Positions 49,733-59,883 of a stretch of 64,000 nt of DNA are shown piece by piece. Numbering within the stretch: the stretch's first letter is position 1; each line of letters begins with the position of its first letter. The position numbers and the translations under genes were made by a program. The DNA is from Gammaproteobacteria bacterium (lineage in GTDB: Bacteria; Pseudomonadota; Gammaproteobacteria; Ga0077536): NCBI GenBank assembly GCA_963662545.2, contig CAXXLL010000003.1, positions 1,600,001 to 1,664,000 on the forward strand, read 5' to 3'. Below the pieces are notes generated by a model. That model did not search any database. It was not told the DNA's origin and saw only the letters and a list, made by a program, of their open reading frames with translations.

Positions 49733-52426
49733 CTAGTGGGCTTCGTCCCAATTCCGCCCGTGGCCGATATCTACAACTAGAGGTACCGATAAATTGGCTG
49801 CATCCGACATCAAGCGCACGATTTCTGGAGCTAGCTGTTCGACGTGCTCGCAGGCAACTTCGATAACGAGTTCATCATGCACCTGCATAATGAGATCCGT
49901 CGGCGTTCCGGATTGGCGAATCCAACCGTCCACGGCGATCATCGCGCGCTTGATGATGTCGGCGGCGGTACCTTGCATCGGTGCGTTGATTGCTGTGCGT
50001 TCGGCATACTGCCGACGTTGAGCGTTTCGGGCATTGATTTCGGGTAAGTACAAACGACGGCCGAATACGGTCTCGACAAAACCCTTTTCTCGCGCGGTTT
50101 CCCGGATTTTATCCATATAGGTTCGCACCCCTGGGTACCGATTGAAGTAGCGATCGATGTACTCCTGAGCCGCCCCGCGATCGATCCCCAGCTGACGCGC
50201 CAGGCCGAAGGCGGACATGCCGTAGATCAATCCGAAATTAATGGCTTTTGCTGCGCGCCGCTGATCGTCCGATACTTCGTTCATGGGCATACCGAACACT
50301 TCCGCCGCAGTGGCTCGATGTACGTCGAGTTTATCCTCGAACGCCGACTTCAGCCCTTCGTCCTTTGAGAGATGCGCCATGATTCGAAGTTCGACCTGAG
50401 AATAATCCGCTGCTAGTAGTACTTTTCCCTCGGGCGCTACGAATGCCTGGCGGATGCGGCGACCCTCGGAACTTCGAATCGGGATGTTCTGCAGATTGGG
50501 ATCCGAGGAAGAAAGACGTCCAGTCGCAGCTACCGCTTGATGATAGCTCGTATGCACCCGCCCGGTTTCGGAATTAATTTGCTGTGGAAGCTTATCCGTA
50601 TAAGTCGATTTCAGCTTGCTAAGCGCTCGATGTTCGAGAATGAGTTTCGGCAGCGGGTAGTCGTTCGCCAGTTCCTGCAATACCGACTCGGCCGTCGACG
50701 GCTGACCTTTTGGCGTCTTGCTTAAAACCGGTAACCCGAGTTTGGTGAAAAGAATATTCTGAATCTGCTTCGGCGAACCGATATTGAAGACTTCGCCGGC
50801 TTCATCGTGGGCCTGCGATTCGATTTCCTGCATCCTCTCGTATAACTCGGCGCTCTGCTCCAACAGCATACTGGCTTCGATCAGAACACCGCACCGCTCC
50901 ATGTCGGCCAGCACCGGCACCAACGGCATTTCGATGTCGAGCAAGATGGCATGAAGCCCCTTTTCTTTTTGAATATCCGGGTAGAGTTTATCGTGCAGCC
51001 GCAGGCAGATATCTGCATCCTCCGCAGCATACGGCCCGGCCTGATCGAGCGCGACCTCCTCGAAGCCAATTTGCTTTGCGCCTTTTCCGGTAACGTCCTC
51101 GTAATGAATCGTGTGATGGTTAATGTACTTCAGTGCGACGGAATCCATATCGTGGCGTGACGCCGTACTATTGAGTACATAAGACTCGAGCATCGTGTCA
51201 TATGCAATTCCACGAAGATCGATTTCGTGATTGCGTAATACGTTTCGGTCATATTTCAAATTGTGGCCGAGCTTTAATTTAGCTTCGTCCTCAAGCATCG
51301 GCTTCAGCTTGGACAAAACCTCGTTGGTGTCGAGCTGCTGGGGCGCGCCCGGATACCGATGGCCAAGCGGCACATAAGCCGCGCGCCCGGGCTCGCAGGC
51401 AAACGAAACCCCAACGAGGCGTGCGATCATGTAGTCGAGACTTGTGGTCTCTGTATCGAATGCGAAAAGCTCGGCGGCATTGAGTTCTTCGAGCCAGGCA
51501 TCGAAGCGATTCATTTCGAGAATGATCTCGTAATCGTAGTCGTCACCGATCGCGGGCCCCGGAACGGGATCGGCATTTGTAGAGAACTCCTTGAGCCAGG
51601 TATTGAACTCGAAATTCTCGTAAAGCTCGATCAACCGAGCGGCGTTTTTGTCGTTCGGTACCAGTTCATCCAGATCCACGCCCGTGTCGATGTCCGTCAT
51701 GATAGTCACGAGGCGGCGGGTCAAAGGAATCTGTTCGAGGAAAGCGCGCAGATTTTCGCCAACCTTGCCTTTGATGTCTTCGGCGTGCGTAACCACCCCC
51801 GCCAGGCTGCCATATTCGTTCAGCCATTTGACGGCGGTTTTTGGGCCGACCTTCGGCACACCGGGAATGTTATCTACGCTGTCTCCGACCAAAGTGAGGT
51901 AATCAACGATCAAATCGGGTTTTACGCCAAATTTGTTTTGCACGCCTTCTACATCCAGTACCGAGTCATCCATGGTGTTGATGAGGCGAATCCGCGCGTT
52001 GACGAGCTGGGTCAGGTCTTTGTCACCGGTCGAGATCACGACGTCGATTCCCGCTTCTTCTGCTTTCCTGGCGAGTGTGCCGATGACATCGTCCGCCTCA
52101 ACGCCGGACACCTGTACAAGCGGATATCCCAGCGCTTTGATCATTTCGTGAAGCGGTTCGATCTGGACGGCGAGGTCCTCTGGCATGGACGGTCGATTCG
52201 CCTTGTATTCCGGGTACCATTCGTCGCGCAGGGTCGGTCCGCGCGGATCGAAAACGACCGCGAAAAAATCGGACTCATAGGCATTTCGCAGCCGCTTTAA
52301 CATCGCGATTACACCGTGGATGGCGCCCGTCGGATGGTTTGCGGAATTTCGTAAATCCGGCAGCGCATGATAGGCGCGAAAAAGGTAGGAGGATCCGTCG
52401 ACGAGGACTAGTAATGGGTCTGGCAT
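49733..52426 (-). CDS. polA: DNA polymerase I
   Basis: LVDGSSYLFRAYHA, FDTETT, DYSQVELR, KAINFGLIYG, QVHDEL. Confidence 0.98.
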   Translation of the reverse strand: MPDPLLVLVDGSSYLFRAYHALPDLRNSANHPTGAIHGVIAMLKRLRNAYESDFFAVVFDPRGPTLRDEWYPEYKANRPSMPEDLAVQIEPLHEMIKALGYPLVQVSGVEADDVIGTLARKAEEAGIDVVISTGDKDLTQLVNARIRLINTMDDSVLDVEGVQNKFGVKPDLIVDYLTLVGDSVDNIPGVPKVGPKTAVKWLNEYGSLAGVVTHAEDIKGKVGENLRAFLEQIPLTRRLVTIMTDIDTGVDLDELVPNDKNAARLIELYENFEFNTWLKEFSTNADPVPGPAIGDDYDYEIILEMNRFDAWLEELNAAELFAFDTETTSLDYMIARLVGVSFACEPGRAAYVPLGHRYPGAPQQLDTNEVLSKLKPMLEDEAKLKLGHNLKYDRNVLRNHEIDLRGIAYDTMLESYVLNSTASRHDMDSVALKYINHHTIHYEDVTGKGAKQIGFEEVALDQAGPYAAEDADICLRLHDKLYPDIQKEKGLHAILLDIEMPLVPVLADMERCGVLIEASMLLEQSAELYERMQEIESQAHDEAGEVFNIGSPKQIQNILFTKLGLPVLSKTPKGQPSTAESVLQELANDYPLPKLILEHRALSKLKSTYTDKLPQQINSETGRVHTSYHQAVAATGRLSSSDPNLQNIPIRSSEGRRIRQAFVAPEGKVLLAADYSQVELRIMAHLSKDEGLKSAFEDKLDVHRATAAEVFGMPMNEVSDDQRRAAKAINFGLIYGMSAFGLARQLGIDRGAAQEYIDRYFNRYPGVRTYMDKIRETAREKGFVETVFGRRLYLPEINARNAQRRQYAERTAINAPMQGTAADIIKRAMIAVDGWIRQSGTPTDLIMQVHDELVIEVACEHVEQLAPEIVRLMSDAANLSVPLVVDIGHGRNWDEAH

Positions 52427-52567
52427 GGGAGTCGGCGCCTCTGGCAAGCCGGGATCCGCACCTCGGGAGACGCCCGCGAGATCCCAATTCGGCGCAACAA
52501 TTGCGCCGATAGGTGATATTCTATCGGCTCTTCAGAACCACCGCTCAATGTCCACTAGGTTAATCCC

Positions 52568-52924
52568 ATGAGAGCAAGCCTTTCGTATCTTGTCCTCGCG
52601 CTGTTGTCTGTCGGAGCGGATCTCGGCGCGACGGATCAAGATCTTGGAACCGTCGTCGTTGTTCCGCCACCGCCGCCAATGGGAGAGCCCATCGATCCGG
52701 CCGAGGGGGAAGGCCTCGAACCCGAGGTCACGATCATTCAGAAACGGGACGCGATACACGAGGAATATCGGCTAAACGGACGCCTTTATATGATTAAGGT
52801 GACTCCTGCCATAGGGCCGCCCTATTACTATGTGGATCGCGATGGTGATGGGCTGATGGAAACGCGCATGAATGACCGGGCCTGGGAAGTCAAAATTCCA
52901 CAATGGGTCATCTTCAGCTGGTAG
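52568..52924 (+). CDS. DUF2782-like exported protein
   Basis: Signal peptide, EPEVTI, EEYRLNGRLYMIKVTP..GPPYY, IPQWVIFSW; polA/thrB context. Confidence 0.88.
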   Translation: MRASLSYLVLALLSVGADLGATDQDLGTVVVVPPPPPMGEPIDPAEGEGLEPEVTIIQKRDAIHEEYRLNGRLYMIKVTPAIGPPYYYVDRDGDGLMETRMNDRAWEVKIPQWVIFSW

Positions 52925-52979
52925 TGAACGCCTCAAACCAGGATTGATCGAGTAACAGGTGCGGAAAGCGTAACAACGC

Positions 52980-53930
52980 GTGTCCGTTTATACCGTCATC
53001 GAGCGCGGAGAGCTCGAATTGTTCCTCAAATCCTTTCGGGTAGGGAACCTGGAGGATTACGAAGGCATTGTCGCCGGTATCGAAAATACGAATTATTTCG
53101 TCACGACGGCAACCGGCCAATTCGTTCTGACGATTTTCGAAATCACACCGCAATCAGAACTTCCGTATTTTCTTAAGCTAATGGCCCATCTTGCTGAGCG
53201 CGGGATCGTAAGCGCGCATCCGATCGCCGACGAAAACGGCGAGTATCTACAACAAATCAGGGATAAACCGGCGGCGCTGGTACGGCGGCTCAGAGGCGCA
53301 AGCGTCCCCAATCCGAGTCCACGGCATTGTTCCGCGATCGGCGCCGAAATGGCGGCATTGCACCTCGCCGGCCAAGGATTTTCTGGACGACGGGTAAATG
53401 ACAGGGGTCTCGAGTGGCAGGCTGAAACGGCCGAGCGCATTCTGCCGCACCTTTCCTCGGCGGATCGGAGCCTGCTGCGAATGACCCTGTCCGAGCTGGA
53501 AAATTTCGATTCAAGTGCACTTCCACACGGGGTCATACACGCCGATCTGTTTCGCGACAATGCCTTGTTCGTCGGCGACGAACTGACCGGGATCGTCGAT
53601 TTCTATTACGCGCATAACAGTTTCCTGATTTACGACCTGGCCGTCACCATTGCGGATTGGTGCTTCGACGGGCGTGGCGGTTTTAACGACTCCACAGCTC
53701 GCGAACTCGTCCGCGCCTACGATCGGATTCGACCGATCGCAAACGCCGAGCGCGCTTCATGGCCGTATTTCGTCCGAACCGCGGGGCTGAGGTTCTGGCT
53801 GTCCCGCCTCAATGACAAGTTTTTCCCGCGCGTCGGCAACCTGACGCATACCAAGAATCCCGAACCCTTCAGACAGGTATTGATGGCGGGCCAGGATCAG
53901 ACCTCCCTGCTCAACGCCTTGCTGCAATAA
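52980..53930 (+). CDS. thrB: Homoserine kinase type II
   Basis: MSVYT, GIENTNYF, HADLFRDN, DFYYA, RFWLSRL. Confidence 0.95.
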   Translation: MSVYTVIERGELELFLKSFRVGNLEDYEGIVAGIENTNYFVTTATGQFVLTIFEITPQSELPYFLKLMAHLAERGIVSAHPIADENGEYLQQIRDKPAALVRRLRGASVPNPSPRHCSAIGAEMAALHLAGQGFSGRRVNDRGLEWQAETAERILPHLSSADRSLLRMTLSELENFDSSALPHGVIHADLFRDNALFVGDELTGIVDFYYAHNSFLIYDLAVTIADWCFDGRGGFNDSTARELVRAYDRIRPIANAERASWPYFVRTAGLRFWLSRLNDKFFPRVGNLTHTKNPEPFRQVLMAGQDQTSLLNALLQ

Positions 53931-53957
53931 AAAAGGCCCTCCGATCGGAGGGCCTTT
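53931..53957. terminator. Bidirectional intrinsic terminator
   Basis: AAAAGGCCCTCC-GATC-GGAGGGCCTTT between convergent thrB and the OmpA-family gene. Confidence 0.88.
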
Positions 53958-53984
53958 AAACCTCAAGCGCTGTGGTTCGGGTCG

Positions 53985-54659
53985 CTAGTTCTTAGTCACG
54001 ACCAGATCCACGCGTCGATTCTTGTACATGTTCTCCGGCGTGTCGTTTGGCGCCACAGGCGCGGCTTCACCGTAACCAATCGCCGAGAGACGATCCGCGT
54101 TGATGCCCTTACCGACGAGGTAGTCGACGACCGCATTTGCGCGTTTTTCGGACAGCTTTTTATTGAACGCAGCACTGCCGCGGCTGTCGGTGTGTCCCTC
54201 GACGCGTACATGTACGGATGCGTTGTCATTCAGTACCTTGACGGCTTTTCCCAGAATGGCTTCAGACCCAGACATGATGCGCGCACTGTTGGTGTCGAAA
54301 TTGACCCCTTCCAGTGTCATCAGCTTGACGCCGACTTCCGGAACCGGTTTCGGCATCTCCTTCGGCGGAGCCATCTTCGGCTTCGGCTTGGGCTTCGCTG
54401 CCATCTTCGGCGCCGGTTTCGGCTTCGGCGGAGGCGACTTATCCATACAAAAGAAATGACCGAGTGCGGCACCGAGGACAGCGCCTCCAGCCAGTGCGGC
54501 ACCATCATCCGTATTAAGGCCACCCGCGACTACGCCAGCGCCTAAAGTGGCACCGAGAAGTGGGCAGAAAATGGTTGTCGGTTTGATATTCTGATTGGCG
54601 CAGCCTGCTGTGAGCGCGCTCATCACCAAGATCAATCCAAGTCTCTTAATGTTATTCAT
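53985..54659 (-). CDS. OmpA-family lipoprotein with Pro/Lys-rich linker
   Basis: Lipobox TAGC, glycine zipper, PKPKP linker, VEGHTDS, LSEKRA, NRRV. Confidence 0.92.
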   Translation of the reverse strand: MNNIKRLGLILVMSALTAGCANQNIKPTTIFCPLLGATLGAGVVAGGLNTDDGAALAGGAVLGAALGHFFCMDKSPPPKPKPAPKMAAKPKPKPKMAPPKEMPKPVPEVGVKLMTLEGVNFDTNSARIMSGSEAILGKAVKVLNDNASVHVRVEGHTDSRGSAAFNKKLSEKRANAVVDYLVGKGINADRLSAIGYGEAAPVAPNDTPENMYKNRRVDLVVTKN

Positions 54660-54962
54660 TGCCGGTGTCCCCAATTACTTCGTGCTGGTGCTGCAGTCCA
54701 CGTAATTAGATGGATTCAGTTACACCAAATTCGCGGTCAAGCGTGCGCAATCAACGTTGGCTTGCAGAAAAAAACAAGTGCTGCGCCGGCTACGACTACG
54801 ACACCGGCCACCATCTGGCCGCCGGTTTTTATGTCATAACGTGTTTTATTTTTGTTGCGCAATTACAACGGTTTAACAACAACACCGATCATACCATAAA
54901 TTTTGCCCGTTCCCAGCGACCGGCCGCCAGCGTCCCCGTGAAGCCGCTAAAGGTGGCCGAAT

Positions 54963-56315
54963 CTATACGAGGAAGATCGATGCGAGGCCAAGAAAGGCGA
55001 AGAATCCCACCACATCTGTAATTGTTGTCAAAAGGACACCCCCCGCGAGTGCGGGATCGATATCAAAGCGGTTCAAAGCCAAGGGGATTGCGGCACCCGC
55101 ACACGCCGCTGTCAACAGATTGAATACCATTGCGCAGCCGATTACGACGCCTAGCTCAAGATTGCTGAACCAGGCTGCCGCGATGACGGCCACCACCACA
55201 GCCCAGAGAATGCCGTTCAGAAGGCCGACGGTGATTTCGCGGTACACCACGGAGCGAGCGTTTGCTGCGCCTACGTGCCGGAGCGCAAGTCCACGGGTCA
55301 TTATCGTCAGGGTCTGAGTGCCCGCGATACCGCCCATGCTGGCAACGACCGGCATCAGTACGGCAAGCGCGACGAGCTGTTCGATGGTCGCCTCGAAAAG
55401 GCCAATCACCCAGGCCGCGAGGAAGGCGGTCGCCAGGTTGACGGCAAGCCACACCATGCGGCGCCGCGTGGTTGACCAGATTGGAGCAAAAATATCATAT
55501 TCCTCGTCGAGGCCCGCGGCAGACATGAGCGATCGTTCGTTTTCTTCCCGTATAACGTCGACCACGTCGTCAACCGTAATTCGGCCCAGCAATTTCCCGT
55601 CGTCGTCGATGACCGGCGCCGACAACAGATCGCGCTGTTCGAATAAAACCGCGACCTCTCGGGCATCCAGTTGCGCCCGAATGCCACTTTCACCCGTCAG
55701 CATGATCTCGCCGACTTTGGACTCGGGATCCGCCGTTACAAGATCGGACAGGGGCAGCCAGCCGAGGTAGACATTGGCACGATCGACCACCATCAGGCGG
55801 TCTGTATTGTCAGGCAACTCCGGCAGCAGTCTCAAGTATCGCAAAACGACGTCTATGTCGACGTCCGAACGAACCGCGATTGCGTCGACGTTCATCAGGC
55901 CGCCGGCCGTATCCTCCTCGTAGACGAGGGCCGCCGCGACGCGCTCACGGTTCTGTTCATCCATGGAACGCAGGACTTCGCCCGCAACGCGTTCCGGCAG
56001 ATCCTGGAGGATGTCCGCGACGTCATCGGTATCGAGTCCTTCGGTCGCCGCCGCGACCTCCTCGGGCGCCATGTGTTCCAGCAGACCGGTTCGCACAGCC
56101 GTACTGGCATGGGATAAAACTTCGCCCTCGGAATCCTCTGTGATATGGACCCACAGTTCGTCGCGTGTGTCCGGGGGCAAAGCCTCGAGAAGATCCGCGA
56201 CCTCGGAGGGATGCAGGGCCTGCATGATTTCCCGTACAAGCAGCAGATCGTTGGCCTTAAGGGCGTCCTGGACCGCCTGTAGGAGTTCCTGATTGCGATT
56301 GCTGTGATCGGCCAT
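54963..56315 (-). CDS. mgtE: Magnesium transporter MgtE
   Basis: EDTAGGLM, CBS pair GRITVDDV, MGGIAGTQ, DPALA, TTITDV. Confidence 0.96.
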   Translation of the reverse strand: MADHSNRNQELLQAVQDALKANDLLLVREIMQALHPSEVADLLEALPPDTRDELWVHITEDSEGEVLSHASTAVRTGLLEHMAPEEVAAATEGLDTDDVADILQDLPERVAGEVLRSMDEQNRERVAAALVYEEDTAGGLMNVDAIAVRSDVDIDVVLRYLRLLPELPDNTDRLMVVDRANVYLGWLPLSDLVTADPESKVGEIMLTGESGIRAQLDAREVAVLFEQRDLLSAPVIDDDGKLLGRITVDDVVDVIREENERSLMSAAGLDEEYDIFAPIWSTTRRRMVWLAVNLATAFLAAWVIGLFEATIEQLVALAVLMPVVASMGGIAGTQTLTIMTRGLALRHVGAANARSVVYREITVGLLNGILWAVVVAVIAAAWFSNLELGVVIGCAMVFNLLTAACAGAAIPLALNRFDIDPALAGGVLLTTITDVVGFFAFLGLASIFLV

Positions 56316-56408
56316 GCGTCTTCTGCCGTGCTTGCACCTACTACGTTCGACGCACGATTTGCGCCCCGATATCCCGGCGTACAGTTTAACAACTGAGCGG
56401 TTGCTCAG

Positions 56409-58166
56409 TCAGGTGGGAAGCAGGTTCGACGGTGCAACGAGCAACGCAAGCAGTTCCTTGCGTCGGGCCGGCGCCGTCGTACGCAGTAATTTCTGAACGA
56501 GTACCTTTGCCTCCCGTGCTGATGTGCTCTTTAGGATGTGCTTGATTTCTAGCAGAGCGGTCGGGGGAACGCTGAACTCTTCGAGTCCGAGCCCGAGTAG
56601 CAGACGCGTATATCGCGTGTCACCGGCCATTTCTCCACACATAGCGACCGGAATTCCAACCTTTCGCCCAGCTGCAATCGATGTTGCGATCAATCGCAGC
56701 ACGCCCAGATTGAGGGGATTGTATAGATAGCTGACTTCGTCGTTGACCCGATCAATCGCGACGGCGTACTGGATCAAGTCGTTCGTCCCAATCGACAGAA
56801 AATCCAGTTCTCGGGCGAAATCCTCTGCGCAAATCGCGGCCGCCGGCACCTCGATCATGCCTCCGATAGGCATTTTTTCATCAAAGGCGATACCACGGCG
56901 CGAAAATTCATTGCGAATAGTTCCTACGATATCCATGACCTGGTGAACTTCGTCGATTTCGGAAAGCATCGGAATCATCATGCGCACCGGCCCGTAGGCG
57001 GAAGCACGAATGATGGCTCGCAACTGCGGCCAAAAGAGAGACGGTTCCCGAAGGCAAAGGCGAACTGCCCGCAAACCCAAGGCCGGGTTCGCCGCTGGTG
57101 GGCCACTCGCGGCCGATGCGTCCACGGGTTTATCTCCGCCTATGTCGACGGTACGAATCGTAATCGGAATGTTGTCGAGCGCGTCGATCATCTGTCGATA
57201 AGTATTGAAATGTTCGTCCTCGTCGGGGTAACCGGAACGGTTCATGAACAGGAATTCAGTCCGGTACAGTCCGACACCATCAGCCCCGGCATCGTGCACA
57301 CTTTCACATTCCTCGGGCAATTCAACGTTGGCGTGAAGGCGAATCGCCTGCCCGTCGGAGGTCACCGCCGCTTCACCCCTAAAAATTTGGAGACTTGCAA
57401 GGTATTTACGCCGGCTATTTTGACGCTCGCGGTATTGCTCGAGGATCTTCGGATCGGCGCCTCCGATCACGACGCCGTCATCACCATCGACGATGAGCAG
57501 TTCGTTCTCGACCACGTAGCGACGCGCATGATGCAGGCCAACGACGCCAGGAATGCCCAAACTGCGGGCGAGTATTGACATATGCGAAGTGGGGCCGCCG
57601 TATTCGGTTACAAAGCCGGCGACACCATGATGCTGTAGCAGGATCAGATCCGCTGGATTCAAATCGTCCACCAACACGATCATGTCCTTCAGCCTTCTGT
57701 CCGGAACCTCATGCCCCAATGGAGCTTGTCGGAGCAGATTGCGCAGTACGCGATCGACGACATGATCGACGTCGTCTTTGCGCGTACGAAGATATGAATC
57801 ATCCATTTCATCGAACACCGCCACCAGCGCGTCCCGCTGCAGTCTGACGGCCCATTCGGCGTTGCAAAGCCTTTTCCGAATGATGCGCGCGGGCTCATCA
57901 GTGAACGCGGCGTCGTCGAGCATGAGCAAATGCGTATCGATAAAGGTCGAGATATCGGTGGAGGTCGAAGCCGGAATGTGATCCCGGATTTCACGAAGAT
58001 GGTGTTTCGCCTGCGCTACGGCACTCAGAAGTCTTTCTACCTCGGCATCGACCTCGGACGCTTCCAACTCGTATTCCGATATTTCCAGCCGGTTGCGTTC
58101 AACGATATGGACTCGCCCGATGGCGATGCCCCGGGACACCCCGACACCGTGCAGAGAGAAAGTCAC
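56409..58166 (-). CDS. ptsI: PTS enzyme I (no GAF domain)
   Basis: GGPTSH, GLYRTEF, NPALGLR, SIGTNDLIQY, CGEMA. Confidence 0.95.
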   Translation of the reverse strand: MTFSLHGVGVSRGIAIGRVHIVERNRLEISEYELEASEVDAEVERLLSAVAQAKHHLREIRDHIPASTSTDISTFIDTHLLMLDDAAFTDEPARIIRKRLCNAEWAVRLQRDALVAVFDEMDDSYLRTRKDDVDHVVDRVLRNLLRQAPLGHEVPDRRLKDMIVLVDDLNPADLILLQHHGVAGFVTEYGGPTSHMSILARSLGIPGVVGLHHARRYVVENELLIVDGDDGVVIGGADPKILEQYRERQNSRRKYLASLQIFRGEAAVTSDGQAIRLHANVELPEECESVHDAGADGVGLYRTEFLFMNRSGYPDEDEHFNTYRQMIDALDNIPITIRTVDIGGDKPVDASAASGPPAANPALGLRAVRLCLREPSLFWPQLRAIIRASAYGPVRMMIPMLSEIDEVHQVMDIVGTIRNEFSRRGIAFDEKMPIGGMIEVPAAAICAEDFARELDFLSIGTNDLIQYAVAIDRVNDEVSYLYNPLNLGVLRLIATSIAAGRKVGIPVAMCGEMAGDTRYTRLLLGLGLEEFSVPPTALLEIKHILKSTSAREAKVLVQKLLRTTAPARRKELLALLVAPSNLLPT

Positions 58167-58432
58167 CCGGGCTCCCCAAACCGGCCGGTGACCAGTGATT
58201 CCAGACTCGCCAGAGCTTCATCAGCGTCTTCACCTTCAGTGCGGATCTCGATTTCAGCACCCTGCGCAGCGGCCAGCATCATGACACCCATGATGCTTTT
58301 GCCGTTCACCGCCTTGCCATCCTTCATCACCGAGACCTCGCTCGCAAAGCGCGACGCCATTTGTACAAATTTCGCTGCCGCGCGGGCATGCAAGCCGAGC
58401 CTGTTATTAATCATTAACATTGAACTCGGCAC
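58163..58432 (-). CDS. ptsH: Phosphocarrier protein HPr
   Basis: GLHARAAAK, GKSIMGVM. Confidence 0.93.
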   Translation of the reverse strand: MPSSMLMINNRLGLHARAAAKFVQMASRFASEVSVMKDGKAVNGKSIMGVMMLAAAQGAEIEIRTEGEDADEALASLESLVTGRFGEPG

Positions 58433-58435
58433 GGG

Positions 58436-59320
58436 CTATGGATCGGGGCCTGTGAATCGCGCGTCGCGGTGGCTGACCGCGGCTTTTTTCCCGGCCGCTT
58501 CGAATCGTTTCGCAATCTTCTCCGCCATATACACCGACCGATGGCGCCCTCCGGTACAACCGAAGGCAACGGTGAGATAGCTGCGGTTTCCTTCCTCAAA
58601 CCGCGAAATCCAGGTCTCGAGGAAAGAAGTAATATCAGCGACCATCTCCGAGACCATTGGCGCACCGTCTAAAAATTCGCGCACCTGCGGATCTGCTCCG
58701 CTCAAATCACGCAGGGCCGGATCCCAATAGGGATTCGGGAGGCAACGTAGATCGAACACGAAATCGGTGTCCCTTGGCACACCATTCTTAAAACCGAAAG
58801 AGCGAAATTCCAATGCCAAGGCCCCGGCGGATCTGTGTGTGATCTGGTCGCGGATTAATGTGCGGAATTCATGAACGTTGGTATGAGTCGTATCAATACG
58901 CACGTCCGCACGCATGATGACCGGATCGAGAATGGCGCGTTCACGACTGATGGCATTCGCCAATGAATAATTTTCCGAAGACAACGGATGTTTGCGTCTG
59001 GTTTCACTAAATCGCTGTAGCAGCGTCTCGTCACTCGCGTCGACAAATAATAATTCCACTACGAAACTCTGCGCCTGCAAGGCGTCTAGCTTCGCAGGCA
59101 AGTTTGAAATTTCGTCAGGGTGATTTCGCACGTCGATCCCGACGGCGACATTATGGAAATGAGGCAGATCTTGCTCGGCCGTATAGGCTACAAAGCTCGA
59201 AAGAATCCCGATGGGCAAATTGTCCACGCAGTAATATCCGGCATCCTCCAGGGCATGCAGAGCGATGGTTTTGCCGGCTCCGGAAAGACCGGAAATAATT
59301 AGCAGCCGCCGTCCACTCAT
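58436..59320 (-). CDS. rapZ: RNase adapter RapZ
   Basis: GLSGAGKT, CVDNLP, RFSETRRKHPL, GCTGGRHRS. Confidence 0.96.
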   Translation of the reverse strand: MSGRRLLIISGLSGAGKTIALHALEDAGYYCVDNLPIGILSSFVAYTAEQDLPHFHNVAVGIDVRNHPDEISNLPAKLDALQAQSFVVELLFVDASDETLLQRFSETRRKHPLSSENYSLANAISRERAILDPVIMRADVRIDTTHTNVHEFRTLIRDQITHRSAGALALEFRSFGFKNGVPRDTDFVFDLRCLPNPYWDPALRDLSGADPQVREFLDGAPMVSEMVADITSFLETWISRFEEGNRSYLTVAFGCTGGRHRSVYMAEKIAKRFEAAGKKAAVSHRDARFTGPDP

Positions 59321-59343
59321 CAGAACCTATGCTCTGACCGACG

Positions 59344-59808
59344 TCATGAGCTCGAACTCTCGGCGATTGTCAGGTGCTCGTATACATCGGTAGGGGATGA
59401 GATCGCTCGCAAAGACTCGACGAAAACCCGATCGCTAAAGTTCCCGGCCAGCGCCGAAAGCAAAGCAAGATGTTCATCCGTCGCATCTTCAGGAACGCAT
59501 AGTGCGAAGAAAATATCCACGGGCGCGTTATCGACGGCATCAAAGTCGATGGGATGACCGGTCCGTAGAAACGCGCCAACGGATTTTCCATTACATTCGA
59601 CCCGTCCGTGCGGGATGGCGATACCATTGCCCAAGCCCGTCGTTCCCAGGCGCTCGCGCGCAAGCAGGCTGTCGAACACCAATTTGGAATTTAATAACGG
59701 ATCCGCACTCGACAACATTTCAGCGAGTTTTTCCAGAACGCTCTTCCTGCTTGCGAGATTCGCACCGACCACAATGCGGGCGGGATCGAGTATGTCCGCT
59801 ATTTTCAT
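59344..59808 (-). CDS. ptsN: PTS EIIA-Ntr
   Basis: RERLGTTGLGNGIAIPHGR, FDAVDNAPVD. Confidence 0.95.
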   Translation of the reverse strand: MKIADILDPARIVVGANLASRKSVLEKLAEMLSSADPLLNSKLVFDSLLARERLGTTGLGNGIAIPHGRVECNGKSVGAFLRTGHPIDFDAVDNAPVDIFFALCVPEDATDEHLALLSALAGNFSDRVFVESLRAISSPTDVYEHLTIAESSSS

Positions 59809-59883
59809 TTCAATTCGCTGCCGAAATCTCTTCCTGCTAGCGGCCTGTAGAAATCACCATGAATATAGGCCTCGATTCCATAA

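Noticed and set aside
49274-49751. Several 60-133 aa ORFs between hisA and polA
   Set aside because: They are translations of the nested repeats and show no protein-family motifs.
54340-54440. Low-complexity CTTCGG repeats
   Set aside because: Explained by the Pro/Lys-rich linker of the OmpA-family protein.
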